DNA of 64,000 nt from the IMG/VR virus record IMGVR_UViG_3300032249_000861, positions 46,026 to 110,025 of that record. One strand, written 5' to 3'. Shown here in pieces: positions 52,401-59,878 of this stretch; positions within the stretch are counted from its first letter, which is position 1, and the number at the start of each line of letters is the position of its first letter. The notes under the pieces are model-generated. The model was not told the origin of the DNA. It worked only from the letters and a program-made list of their open reading frames with translations, and searched no databases. A program made the translations under genes and the position numbers. Origin of the DNA: a virus.

Positions 52401-54464
52401 AAAATATTAAATAATCATGAGAACGATAAAATTCAAAAGAATAAGGTAAAAGTATATGGATATAGCAACGACTCACTTTCTGAAGTAACTTCTTTTACTA
52501 ATGATATGGCTTGCGGTTTTTCGTATAATGAGAATGATCTTTATGACAGTTCTGTCTTTCAGACTAAAACCAGTAACGTTGTTGTTGCTCCCGAAAATAC
52601 AAGACAAGTAGATGGAGATTTTTCTGTTTTGTCAGATAGTTTATTTGAACAAATTAAAAAAACCACTGGATATAATGAGAACAACTACTCTTTTATGTAT
52701 CTAAGAACATCTTCGTCTTCCTCAAATACTGCGACCCCTCTGCCGGACGACACCACAACTTCTCCACCAGATGATACTACACCCGCGCCTCCACCAAGCA
52801 CTCCTATCCCCGCCATTCCATTTTCTGGATATGTTTCAATAGAGAACGATTATGAGGAGTATATTCCTGTTAAATTTATTGACTTAACTGATATTTCAGC
52901 AAGGCTTAACACAATAGATACCTTAAAAATACAACCATTATTAGAAAATGTTGTTGGAGACCCAAATCAAACAGCAACAATTCTTGCATCTTCAAATATT
53001 AAATATATAGAAACACACTTAAAGAAACTAATTAAAGATGATCCGAGTAGCTGTCACAGAGTCGGAGCTGTCATAGCAGACTGTCCTAAATTAAGAACCC
53101 AAACCAAACTCAATAAATTATACAGTGAACGCACCGATCTGATTAAGCTACTAGAAGAACAAGCAGTACAGTCCGCCTCTGTAGCATATGTAGATGACTC
53201 TGGTAATACACAAAATGTTTCTGGCACAATAGTTGCAGAAAGCGCTACGTCGATTTCTTTAAACATAGCAGGCACTACTAGAAAGATTATTAAATCTAAT
53301 ATCATTAATACAGACACACAATATGGTTTGGTAAGATCTTTCATAAGAAAAGACAGATTGGAAGCAAACCATGTACATAAGCTTCCACCAGATATTTTGC
53401 CAAAAATAGAACCAATTATAACCACTAATACCGATAATAGTATAAATATACAATATTCTGGAGTTAATCTTAACCATTATTGGATTAATATTGATCCTAA
53501 ACAATCTTGTGTTTTAGATTTTACTAGTAATCCTAAAGTATTAGACTCTACAGAATATTTTTGCATAAGAGCTAACGTATCTGCCTCAAACCTGGCTGGT
53601 AGCGAGTTAGCAGCAGACAATAATGTGTGTCCAGAATTTGCTGTTAGACAAAGAGTTCCACAATTTCCAGATGATGCTATTGGAGATGAAGGATTTTCTA
53701 TTAAAGGAAGACAGTATAAATACATGATCCCTTTTAATACTATTGAAACAAACAAAGAAACATTAGCGAGCCAATATCCGGCAATTACTGGTTGGACTAA
53801 ATTTACTAAAGAAAGATATTTTAATATTAATGCAGACAATAGTTTAGGATTTGATGGCGTAGGAGTAGAGACTACTGTCCGGTCTCAAGAAACATATTGG
53901 ATACCATTAGTCGATAATACTCCAATAAATAACGATAATTCAGCAGACGCTCAATCTGTTACGGGAATTGAGCAATGTCAAACAAATCTCGGTAGTCCTG
54001 GAGGGTTTGGTTTAATTAGTTCAAATTATAGAGAAAGAGTTGGAACCAGCACCAGAGTGCAAAATGTTTTTAATCTAGATGATGTGAATTCTATTGATGT
54101 TCAAATTAAGAGAATACCGAGATTATTGAGAGGCTGTGATGTACTAGGCACAGTATACAGATATGGTAATCGTAATATCTTTAGACAGCAATCGTTAGCT
54201 AATCCTAGAGTGCCTTTTGAGGTAGACGGAATAGGAGTTAGTGGACCACTAAATAATGGACTATATTGCTGGATTTGTTTGCAGCAAAGATTAAGTGATA
54301 ATAGTCTCAGATACGCGCCCTTGCCTCCATTTTTACAGCATCAAAATGAAATGATGTTTAGAAGCTTTTTTGGCAGCATAGACAGAATAGAAAACAGAAC
54401 AGATTTGATGGTATCTTATTATCCCTGGGAGCTTATTCCTTATGAGTACGCAGCAGCAAGGTGA
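46461..54464 (+). CDS. Very large putative tail spike / central fibre protein with PKD-like and P-domain-like modules
   Basis: 2667 aa. FYWEKLSGP...GKYVVQCTVNSPYG (PKD/Ig-like, ~48354-48530). IKDIEVKLNF...NLVIWL...FTLKIMVLD...LCNWELIL (proprotein-convertase P-domain-like, ~50076-50965). Confidence 0.55.
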   Translation: MLSSRLVDTTDKCDIIKTSLKDDLYPYTISSDGSIINYSNGSSLVINYNQLSAIGTLASQSYSSINTDAMADCWLPVIVDSDTYVSNKMLSDDGSYANANPALSSGRLGIENFLSFTPSFRNFSNVGQMSIDWLLSRHNVPYAVYYGIMCWVRRNSTSNVMTIGGSSAKLETFPKGTRLKHSSRPNDILIKIDNNTLFVVNSQRYVVGTSITYNDENTFILQAGTITPDNYSLADKSIKETWTTLSTTTSTETLDGFPIQGLTNNVRLWIPDGDCFFYYESEPEKIVAEAAGVPTNGFISPCLTRYYTSIYRVLTLDQPRSFAKKNLKISRCYRKIAHALSTSPFIGEFAIRALDCKDIKGIVDTYVSSSALSRDINQEKTLLKTALKDISLYLQKTITTGNGTSNTGIYIDTKPSPYSLNNNLIANKSQLFNKLITKYGAGLLISSSSTLIVNNSLFKDNTGVVITQAMDYYCPKNTTNSLLFNNQRISYDGTTIQTVMSSTESKLSIQNTIDREETVSIPLYDIAKPDIDGNNSLICPTLLYLGYIEKRYMSNDVLYHPPNTLINASLVYKYAMKTSSYIAIDGTIKDNPVLIKGEEAGPELDAMDLLLNVRDDDSLLLHETYIENQMSFYWEKLSGPEDCEFIENNGGFINSAKPSNTTANSRFIQLKIKNSGKYVVQCTVNSPYGTFKKQKTIYVYDGADLIERYNDNGAPATYVPNPMINKWYDENNQIWTTVPVIPENDPEFQPIPLNRDKLRVRCSKFSRVAISQVGGVFAPIKTGFTVKEFIGMAGSAPAKEVTKLDELYKFSTKKAFTPTTSASLSITYTLESNTIAKILSIYIEKVRSNATGCEQCYSLYEPKLRAEKTTVFTGSSRVNAVRYNRINKSPEGFLFYKYKSNIDGTSANSIETVSFGYPEITTKNSPPVKTYGGYNLSTINSFNIQNNINNTVYNSIIPGLPTPTVNVGDTNSIAAAQPSTLPPVTGFPLDVANDEIPGKHKLCYQRQLPYVGGGPITFNKGVLHPNSGWIPHTSDDYAIHANRSSVLKFNPGARSTFSFIGPKLSNISSTSANISNNVVEPNILSSSIDLKISPGVQWDPDCECASSPGGSVQMYNDNQKHKEYIDTTTNRSSHGYRYLNGGQPKPLERTALTNEATYNDEFGTDQDEDTFSYSFAVTGPASVPDEIDGDDGRKHLRIPTVKDFGIKDIEVKLNFLNYVNTKNLVIWLEVQPDASESSSRNRPDRNGIYPSPIRAPQKFLDQTIPPTMVSGTSYQSSINSSQLYANIPNNKIANYLDCLLNAQSGVAGGPLRLLLLNQEHIENNGYNLSVKFTDSASKYNVLYDQNLVNGTPATSGTFFPPNQLANIDKHQKIVRNNGIVRPSLAANSYSDRESCEFSKILRNNRLNVTAASFSKFNTNTLFRNILPLQGPCPERAPKQKQGDLGGVTKFTLKIMVLDETDDMSPNDTLINNQYLTGLESAEKTQSSTDIFNSLCNWELILHVGDVPKFVPHTNPNLASYGNCDSLSLLDYSKNLKYPGYSFIADLTNYQHLLPLANIDAPNTAISDTSLCLTTKNDPISRGFVVKPYEKFPDWAIVQIVAALLPGTTGTLIGTAMVPGLGYGQGFNAIVSWFGESRFLSNLEDSGRQIFTQSYTKYPFGSPEKILLNVKKSDSLWYSLEATIMKYHNTPLLQLKKHNYVKVQRGISKYATEFNFDTISDYQDLLDLKNIPEVSLSCAGTLPFPRATITYPTASYGNYIINYGDLVNVTVTGCPAPNNNDGLYVALDTGWSKITNQSIGDLTKSISFLKYNSVLSYNNSLFYNGLKDDITALKVIICSTRIPYDIFFVGDTVECYAKDDRLLSSGGSIINPSIVKKGLINKNNKLYSVFVLDTAITSQNTISPTPQTNTLLLYSNNTTRENNINKDYNAWGLDSNGYIKETPPYAGFSAHSVGSYGNVSPFVNKNLLDKNFRYNSLQPTHKILNNHENDKIQKNKVKVYGYSNDSLSEVTSFTNDMACGFSYNENDLYDSSVFQTKTSNVVVAPENTRQVDGDFSVLSDSLFEQIKKTTGYNENNYSFMYLRTSSSSSNTATPLPDDTTTSPPDDTTPAPPPSTPIPAIPFSGYVSIENDYEEYIPVKFIDLTDISARLNTIDTLKIQPLLENVVGDPNQTATILASSNIKYIETHLKKLIKDDPSSCHRVGAVIADCPKLRTQTKLNKLYSERTDLIKLLEEQAVQSASVAYVDDSGNTQNVSGTIVAESATSISLNIAGTTRKIIKSNIINTDTQYGLVRSFIRKDRLEANHVHKLPPDILPKIEPIITTNTDNSINIQYSGVNLNHYWINIDPKQSCVLDFTSNPKVLDSTEYFCIRANVSASNLAGSELAADNNVCPEFAVRQRVPQFPDDAIGDEGFSIKGRQYKYMIPFNTIETNKETLASQYPAITGWTKFTKERYFNINADNSLGFDGVGVETTVRSQETYWIPLVDNTPINNDNSADAQSVTGIEQCQTNLGSPGGFGLISSNYRERVGTSTRVQNVFNLDDVNSIDVQIKRIPRLLRGCDVLGTVYRYGNRNIFRQQSLANPRVPFEVDGIGVSGPLNNGLYCWICLQQRLSDNSLRYAPLPPFLQHQNEMMFRSFFGSIDRIENRTDLMVSYYPWELIPYEYAAAR

Positions 54465-54852
54465 CAGTTCTTGGTTTTGTAATTTTATAGAGGCAGGTTT
54501 AGATACTTATATATGTTCTAAATGTGGAACTAGAATAATGTCTGAAGACGGACCGCCACCCTTAATGTGTAGCATACCATTTGCTAAAACAGACCAAGAA
54601 AATACAGTGCCATTTTCCACGAAAGTTAAAAACTTTATCAGTGCAACATCTGATCATCTAAACAATGGAGCAAAACTTTGTTCAGATGAACAAATAGAAC
54701 AAAGATATTCTATATGTAATAGCTGTGAGCATTTTGTTAATTCTTCTTGCAATAAGTGCGGTTGTCCAATAGTTCGTAATAAAAGATTTATTAGCAAACT
54801 ATCGTGGGCTTCTTCAGAATGTCCAGTAGGGAAATGGGGGAAAGAGGACTAA
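54442..54852 (+). CDS. Cys-rich small protein, DUF6171-like
   Basis: QRYSICNSCEHF...CNKCGCPI...KLSWASSECPVGKW is the DUF6171-type pattern, with an extra N-terminal CSKCG. Confidence 0.65.
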   Translation: MSTQQQGDSSWFCNFIEAGLDTYICSKCGTRIMSEDGPPPLMCSIPFAKTDQENTVPFSTKVKNFISATSDHLNNGAKLCSDEQIEQRYSICNSCEHFVNSSCNKCGCPIVRNKRFISKLSWASSECPVGKWGKED

Positions 54853-55196
54853 CTCTTCTTCCCCGCTTTGCCCTCTGCTTGATCTTTTGACCATTTATGC
54901 CAACCTTTGTTGGGCAATATCGTTCCATTATCATCTTTCCTCTTTGGAAATAATGTTCCGCCCTTTTTATGTTGACCAAAAGCAAGAATTGCTCCACAGT
55001 CTGCACAGCGCAGTTCGTAATAGTCATTACCTTCAACATTTCTAACGATAAATCTTAAATTAGTTGAAGAACACAAACCACACTTGTCTTCTGCAAAAAT
55101 TTCTTGAATTACTGCTAGTTCCTTAAAAACTTCTTTTTGACCAGAACCTTCTAATTCAAAAGTTAGTTTATCGCTAGCCGTATATATTACTTTCAT
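54849..55196 (-). CDS. Hypothetical Zn-ribbon protein
   Basis: Start reassigned to ATG 55196 (MKVIYTASDK), just after the upstream TAG. Contains CGLC...CADC. Confidence 0.65.
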   Translation of the reverse strand: MKVIYTASDKLTFELEGSGQKEVFKELAVIQEIFAEDKCGLCSSTNLRFIVRNVEGNDYYELRCADCGAILAFGQHKKGGTLFPKRKDDNGTILPNKGWHKWSKDQAEGKAGKKS

Positions 55197-55198
55197 AA

Positions 55199-55945
55199 CT
55201 ATTTCCAATCTTTAGAATATCCAACAATACTATCTGATATCTCATTGGTGTTCTGTTGATACTTAGACAATAGCCTAATTATAGTCACAGCATCCTCATG
55301 AGAGATTCCATAAATATTGTCGGTTGGTAGTTGATTATCTGAGAAAAGCCTCATTACATTAATATTAAGTCTTTGAGCCATAACGTCAATGAAATTAATC
55401 TGATTATTACTAATCTTAGAGACAGTATTTAAATCAGGATTATCTTCAATTTCCTTAGATATTTCTTCTGCCGCTACTACCTTCCTGAGTTTTAATGCTC
55501 TGCGAAGAGCCCTGCCTTCCGCCCTTGTTTCTGCAACAGCTACCGGATGATTGCGGTATATCTTGTCACAATTACCCCAGTAAACGTCCGCAGCGCCATC
55601 CACGGTCACAGTATTTAAATCCTGTGTGTCACTTGACTGGTTTTTTAAAAGATAGCTTATAGAATGAATCACGGTTGCTCTTTTTTCATTTTCTGGACTA
55701 GGTGCTTGGGCAACTGAGCTAGTTGATGATATTACATGACAATTTAAGGCCAATTCAAAAATGCGACGTAATCCATCAGTTGTTGGATTTCCAGAAATTT
55801 TCTCATCATCGGACAAAAGACCTAATACATAATCTGTCCATTCTAGATCAGTAATTTTAGGCACAATTACAACTTCAGCTTCAGGAGTTGGTGTTGGTGC
55901 TACTTTGGTTTCTGTTTCTTTGTTCTTGTCAGCTTTGGCCATCAT
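55199..55945 (-). CDS. Putative ssDNA-annealing / recombination protein (Rad52/Sak-like)
   Basis: Start ATG 55945 with GAGGA SD. PTTDGLRR...ATV...VDGAAD...VAVAETRAEGRALRRALKL...AAEE resembles the 'AETxAxGRAL' helix of phage Rad52-like annealases. Confidence 0.5.
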   Translation of the reverse strand: MMAKADKNKETETKVAPTPTPEAEVVIVPKITDLEWTDYVLGLLSDDEKISGNPTTDGLRRIFELALNCHVISSTSSVAQAPSPENEKRATVIHSISYLLKNQSSDTQDLNTVTVDGAADVYWGNCDKIYRNHPVAVAETRAEGRALRRALKLRKVVAAEEISKEIEDNPDLNTVSKISNNQINFIDVMAQRLNINVMRLFSDNQLPTDNIYGISHEDAVTIIRLLSKYQQNTNEISDSIVGYSKDWK

Positions 55946-55949
55946 ATAA

Positions 55950-56747
55950 TTAGTCCTCAATGTTTAAAATTAATGGTGTTTTAGATTGTTCACAAGATTT
56001 AATTGCTTGTAATAATCTTTCTAAGATAATTGTTCCTCTAGCATTTGAAAAATCCTTCGTTTGCTTAATCCTGATCAAATGCCAACCTTTGCCTGTTATT
56101 AACCCTTCCTTCTTTTTATCATACTTGATATTCCTACTTAGAGATTGTTCGCCCCATACTGGTTCGAAATGAGAAGGGCCATCAACCTCAATAGCTGTAC
56201 CAATACTAGGAAGGAACAGGTCAATCTGCAACTTGGTAGTAACAAGAGACTGCTCCTTATGAAACTCCACATGCAAACCAGAAGATAGTAGTTTCTCTAG
56301 TAAGAATTTTTCTAATTTAGATCCAACTTTACTAGATTGTCTTATTGCAACAATGGCTGCTTGCTGCATATTTTCTTTTTGATCATGATCTAATTTTTCC
56401 CAATTAGCCTTTGCTTTAGCCTTGCGAGAGTCCAGTTCAGAAGGATCTAAGGATTCCCATGAGTTTAGAACTCCCATACCAATTTTATTTTTAATCTCGG
56501 ATGATCGTTCTTGACCTTTCGTCGGATGTTTGTGCTTTCCTGTATTCAAAGCGTTCTTCTGAGCGTCTGACTTGTTGCGTATTTGTATTTGAAATTTTTT
56601 AGCATCTCTTCTAATTTTGTTTGCATAAGTTGACCATGCTGTTGCAATATCGGCAAAACTTTTATTTAGTTCTTCATACCATGTTCTGATAATTTTTTCT
56701 TTCTCACTATCAGACAATTGGTCATATGTACTTTGAGAGTTCTTCAT
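55950..56747 (-). CDS. NUMOD3 + DUF559/Vsr-like endonuclease (probable homing endonuclease)
   Basis: HPTKGQERSSEIKNKIG (NUMOD3-like). SKLEKFL...QIDLFLP...AIEVDGPSHF...DKKK...KGWHLIRI (Vsr/DUF559 EVDG..H motif). Confidence 0.75.
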   Translation of the reverse strand: MKNSQSTYDQLSDSEKEKIIRTWYEELNKSFADIATAWSTYANKIRRDAKKFQIQIRNKSDAQKNALNTGKHKHPTKGQERSSEIKNKIGMGVLNSWESLDPSELDSRKAKAKANWEKLDHDQKENMQQAAIVAIRQSSKVGSKLEKFLLEKLLSSGLHVEFHKEQSLVTTKLQIDLFLPSIGTAIEVDGPSHFEPVWGEQSLSRNIKYDKKKEGLITGKGWHLIRIKQTKDFSNARGTIILERLLQAIKSCEQSKTPLILNIED

Positions 56748-57180
56748 AATTAAATTGCTCCACTGTGGCTATCGGGGGCTTCCAACACATAGAATATAAA
56801 TCATTTAAGACTGGACTGGTTACTATAATATCAAGATTATCTTGTTCATATACGGATCTCCATTGTTCGTACATTCCAGCATTAGTTTGTGTCCAATGAG
56901 TATCCGATGTGAATAATATCCGCCTGCTAATATTTGGAAATTGATTGCTAAGAACAACACTAGGCATGTCAAACAATATTAACTTGCCATTAAAGAATTG
57001 TGACTGCTGAAGATGAAAAATTGGAACATTAAATGTGTTGATTTTTTCTGAATAACTATTGAATACCACATGCTGTTGGTATGGACGGCGCTTAATAAAT
57101 TCTGATACAGTATTTAGGATACTATCATAGGTCTTATTGTTTAAAAGTTTTATTAGAACAAATCCTATATCTTTATTCAT
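56722..57180 (-). CDS. Hypothetical protein, glycosyltransferase-like fragment
   Basis: 152 aa, Rossmann-like beta/alpha pattern (LILFD...ILFTSD...IIVTS), ATGA-coupled within the GT cluster. Confidence 0.4.
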   Translation of the reverse strand: MNKDIGFVLIKLLNNKTYDSILNTVSEFIKRRPYQQHVVFNSYSEKINTFNVPIFHLQQSQFFNGKLILFDMPSVVLSNQFPNISRRILFTSDTHWTQTNAGMYEQWRSVYEQDNLDIIVTSPVLNDLYSMCWKPPIATVEQFNYEELSKYI

Positions 57181-57914
57181 AGTTGAAATAGCTCTCTTAA
57201 AAATTGGTTATATGTGGTTTTTGAAGTGTCTGAGCTCTCTGATAAAATAGAAAGATAGCTGTTGTCTTTGATTTGACTTAAAGATACTACTTTAGATCCG
57301 CAAGCTATAGCTTCATTAATATAGTTAAATCCAGAATCCTGATTTAGACTTAGATAATATTTGTGTGTTTGTAATAGCTTTGCCCTATCTTTTTCTGTTA
57401 CTATACCTAGATTTTGATAGTGTTTAATATTAGGACAGTTGAATAGTTTGATTGGTATTGAACTATTTGGATATAGCAAGTCAATTAGCTCATTAGAGAT
57501 AGTGGTCAGTCCATCCATAAAGCAAACTATACCATCTTTAGTATTAGAGTTTGTGTTATAAAAGACTTGATCATTAACCAATCCTGTAGGAATAGCTGAA
57601 TCATAAGTGTCATCATATCCAATATGAGCTACTTTAGAATTTTTAGGTAACAAAGACTTTACTTTATCATACGAGTTATGGTCAATATGAAAAAAATAAA
57701 TATGAGTACTATCACCATAGTCTTCACAGAACTGTAAAATTTCTTTATCTATTAAGCTACCAGAAAATATGCAGTATTCTGGTTTGTGTCTGAAAAATGT
57801 TTGATATAAATTATTCCCTATTGATATATCTATTATAAGAATGTCGTCAAATGATAAAGCAGAACAGTTTTGCATAAACTTTTCTGGACTTTGTTGTATA
57901 AGCAGAGATTTCAT
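57177..57914 (-). CDS. Degenerate GT-B glycosyltransferase-like protein
   Basis: 245 aa. C-terminal KYYLSL...YINEAIACGSKVV retains the 'EA..CG..V' end of the GT-B signature. Confidence 0.5.
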   Translation of the reverse strand: MKSLLIQQSPEKFMQNCSALSFDDILIIDISIGNNLYQTFFRHKPEYCIFSGSLIDKEILQFCEDYGDSTHIYFFHIDHNSYDKVKSLLPKNSKVAHIGYDDTYDSAIPTGLVNDQVFYNTNSNTKDGIVCFMDGLTTISNELIDLLYPNSSIPIKLFNCPNIKHYQNLGIVTEKDRAKLLQTHKYYLSLNQDSGFNYINEAIACGSKVVSLSQIKDNSYLSILSESSDTSKTTYNQFLRELFQL

Positions 57915-58582
57915 ATAAATACTTTAGCCTTTGGTAAATCCTTGATAGTATTGATTTTCATAATTTTGGTTTTGTTAAGATAGTATTTATCTAATATTGT
58001 ATTAGACGACAGCATCTCGTTTAGTAGCTCAAATAAATACATTTGACTGGTTTTCTGTTGCTGAACTATAGAAGACAAATTGTTTATAGCAATCTTATCC
58101 AAGTAAACACATTCCGCCCAAGGCTCTGGCAAGTCATAGAAAATGTATTCCGTAACAGACTTGGTTAGTGCACAACCTAAGTTAAAATTTTCTTTAGCTT
58201 TGTCAAGCATAAAGAGTTTTGATTGTCCAGACAGGAGGAGTTTATTCAAAGTATTATTCTTCATCAATATTCCATTATTAATAATCAAAAGATGTTTCGG
58301 AGAATATTTCTCTAAATATAGTCTTATGGACTCTCCCTGATTAGTATCTTTATAAGTTGGATTAAAAGTATATTCTATACTCAGTTTATCTAGAACGGAA
58401 TGTACTTTCTCTGCCTCAAATCCAGTAGCAACAGTGATTTGTGTTTTAACGTCAAAGCTTTTAATATTATGTATTTGATATTCTAGTACCTTGGTGTGTT
58501 TTTTAATGTCCAAAAGAGCTTTGGAGCCTAACGACTTCATTCCTTTTGTTATTTCTGGAACCAGAATCAAAACATGTAACAT
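57911..58582 (-). CDS. Sugar/choline-phosphate nucleotidyltransferase-like protein (GT-A/NTP_transf fold, LicC/GlmU-like), degenerate motif
   Basis: ILVPEITKGMKSLGSKALLDI...VLEYQI...ITVATGFEAEKV...NPTYKDTNQGESIRL...LIINNGIL...EL...KINTIKDL follows the NTP-transferase scaffold but lacks AAGxGxR. Confidence 0.6.
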   Translation of the reverse strand: MLHVLILVPEITKGMKSLGSKALLDIKKHTKVLEYQIHNIKSFDVKTQITVATGFEAEKVHSVLDKLSIEYTFNPTYKDTNQGESIRLYLEKYSPKHLLIINNGILMKNNTLNKLLLSGQSKLFMLDKAKENFNLGCALTKSVTEYIFYDLPEPWAECVYLDKIAINNLSSIVQQQKTSQMYLFELLNEMLSSNTILDKYYLNKTKIMKINTIKDLPKAKVFI

Positions 58583-58585
58583 CGT

Positions 58586-59002
58586 TTATATATTTACTCT
58601 TTCGATACTTATACTAATATCATATTCAACATAATTAATATTAATAAGTTTAAATGTATTTGTGTCTAATAAAGTTAAAATATCTTCAATAATTACTATA
58701 TTGCTTTTGCCTCTCAATGAGTCAAATATTTGTGATGATGGTATTTTGGAATTTAAAAAGTCCTCAAACAACTTCTTAAAATTTGTTAGACTAATAGTAA
58801 TTCTTCCTTGTGGTTTGATTTTTGACAAGGTTTGATTCAAAGTCGTTTGCAGGGTAGGCTTGTCTTGATATTCTAAACATGAACATAGAATATTATCAGC
58901 AGAATGATTAACTATTTGTTCTATGTTGTTTATTAGTGTCTTTTGATATCCAGAAATATTAGATGCTGGTTCTGAAATGCTAACTATGTGATAATTTCTC
59001 AT
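58586..59002 (-). CDS. Truncated/degenerate class I SAM-methyltransferase-like protein
   Basis: SADNILCSCLEY...TLSKIKPQGRITISLTNF resembles 'D.I...LEH...R.LKPGG.L.I..PD'. No GxGxG motif I. Confidence 0.45.
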   Translation of the reverse strand: MRNYHIVSISEPASNISGYQKTLINNIEQIVNHSADNILCSCLEYQDKPTLQTTLNQTLSKIKPQGRITISLTNFKKLFEDFLNSKIPSSQIFDSLRGKSNIVIIEDILTLLDTNTFKLININYVEYDISISIERVNI

Positions 59003-59877
59003 GAAACAAAAAACTCCTCGATTTTAATTTTTTGTAATAATTTGTTAGTTTTGTTGTAAAATTCTTCAAAGTTATGATTAGACTGTATCCACGACTGATT
59101 ATGTAAAACATCTTCTTTACTAAGTTCATCATTAATAATTGAACGTAACACAGTATTAATCTTACTATAATCAAAAAGCTGTGTTATTCCTTTAATTTCT
59201 GTAGAATGCGAAGTAGCAGTTATTGATTTGCATCCTAGATATTGAGAAATTAAAATATTCATTGGATTGTATATGTCTATACATACTTTATATTTAGACA
59301 TAATACTATATAGCGCATTCATTGAGTCAATATGTTGAAGTCCGTTAATTATTTGTGCTGTTGGGAATTCCGTCTTGATATGTTGATATAAATTATATAT
59401 CTCTTGGCTATTGTTGGGATTCATTACCAATACAGATTCTGTTTTATTTATAGCATCAAGATTTTCAAAGACGGGTAAACCATATGGTATAACGATATTA
59501 TTATCATCAACATTATACCCCCAAGCTCTTAGTACTGACATATCAGAAAATATTTTTTTTGTATCATGTAGTTGATTTTTAACCAAAGCAATATCCTCTT
59601 TTTTGAATTTTGTTGGAGGACTATTGTGGAACCAAACTATATCTGTCAAATGTTCTTGATTAGCTATGGCTTTTGTTTGCTGAGTATGTTCTAGAAAATT
59701 ATTGCTCCACAGTAAGTCATAGTAATAATTTTTAAGAGAACCATTCAACTGGTATAAATTAGCATCCAATAAATTTACTAGTAAGTCAAAAGAATTTTTT
59801 GTTGGAGAATACAGTATATTGATATGTTTATCCGTATACTTATATGCTATATTATATACGGGATTAGAATAACTCAT
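58999..59877 (-). CDS. Degenerate GT-B glycosyltransferase-like protein
   Basis: 292 aa. YDLLWSNN, IVWFHNSP, VIPYGLP, MSKYKVCID...LGCKSITAT follow a GT4-like scaffold without the E-x7-E motif. Confidence 0.5.
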   Translation of the reverse strand: MSYSNPVYNIAYKYTDKHINILYSPTKNSFDLLVNLLDANLYQLNGSLKNYYYDLLWSNNFLEHTQQTKAIANQEHLTDIVWFHNSPPTKFKKEDIALVKNQLHDTKKIFSDMSVLRAWGYNVDDNNIVIPYGLPVFENLDAINKTESVLVMNPNNSQEIYNLYQHIKTEFPTAQIINGLQHIDSMNALYSIMSKYKVCIDIYNPMNILISQYLGCKSITATSHSTEIKGITQLFDYSKINTVLRSIINDELSKEDVLHNQSWIQSNHNFEEFYNKTNKLLQKIKIEEFFVS

Positions 59878-59878
59878 T

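Noticed and set aside
52730-52820. PDDTT duplication in a Pro/Thr-rich patch of the 2667-aa protein
   Set aside because: A short low-complexity linker duplication with no evidence of a separate function.
1104-54000. Numerous 60-220 aa minus-strand and alternate-frame ORFs inside the large + strand genes
   Set aside because: They are fully nested antisense or out-of-frame ORFs without SD sites or recognisable motifs, as expected from the codon bias of the real genes.
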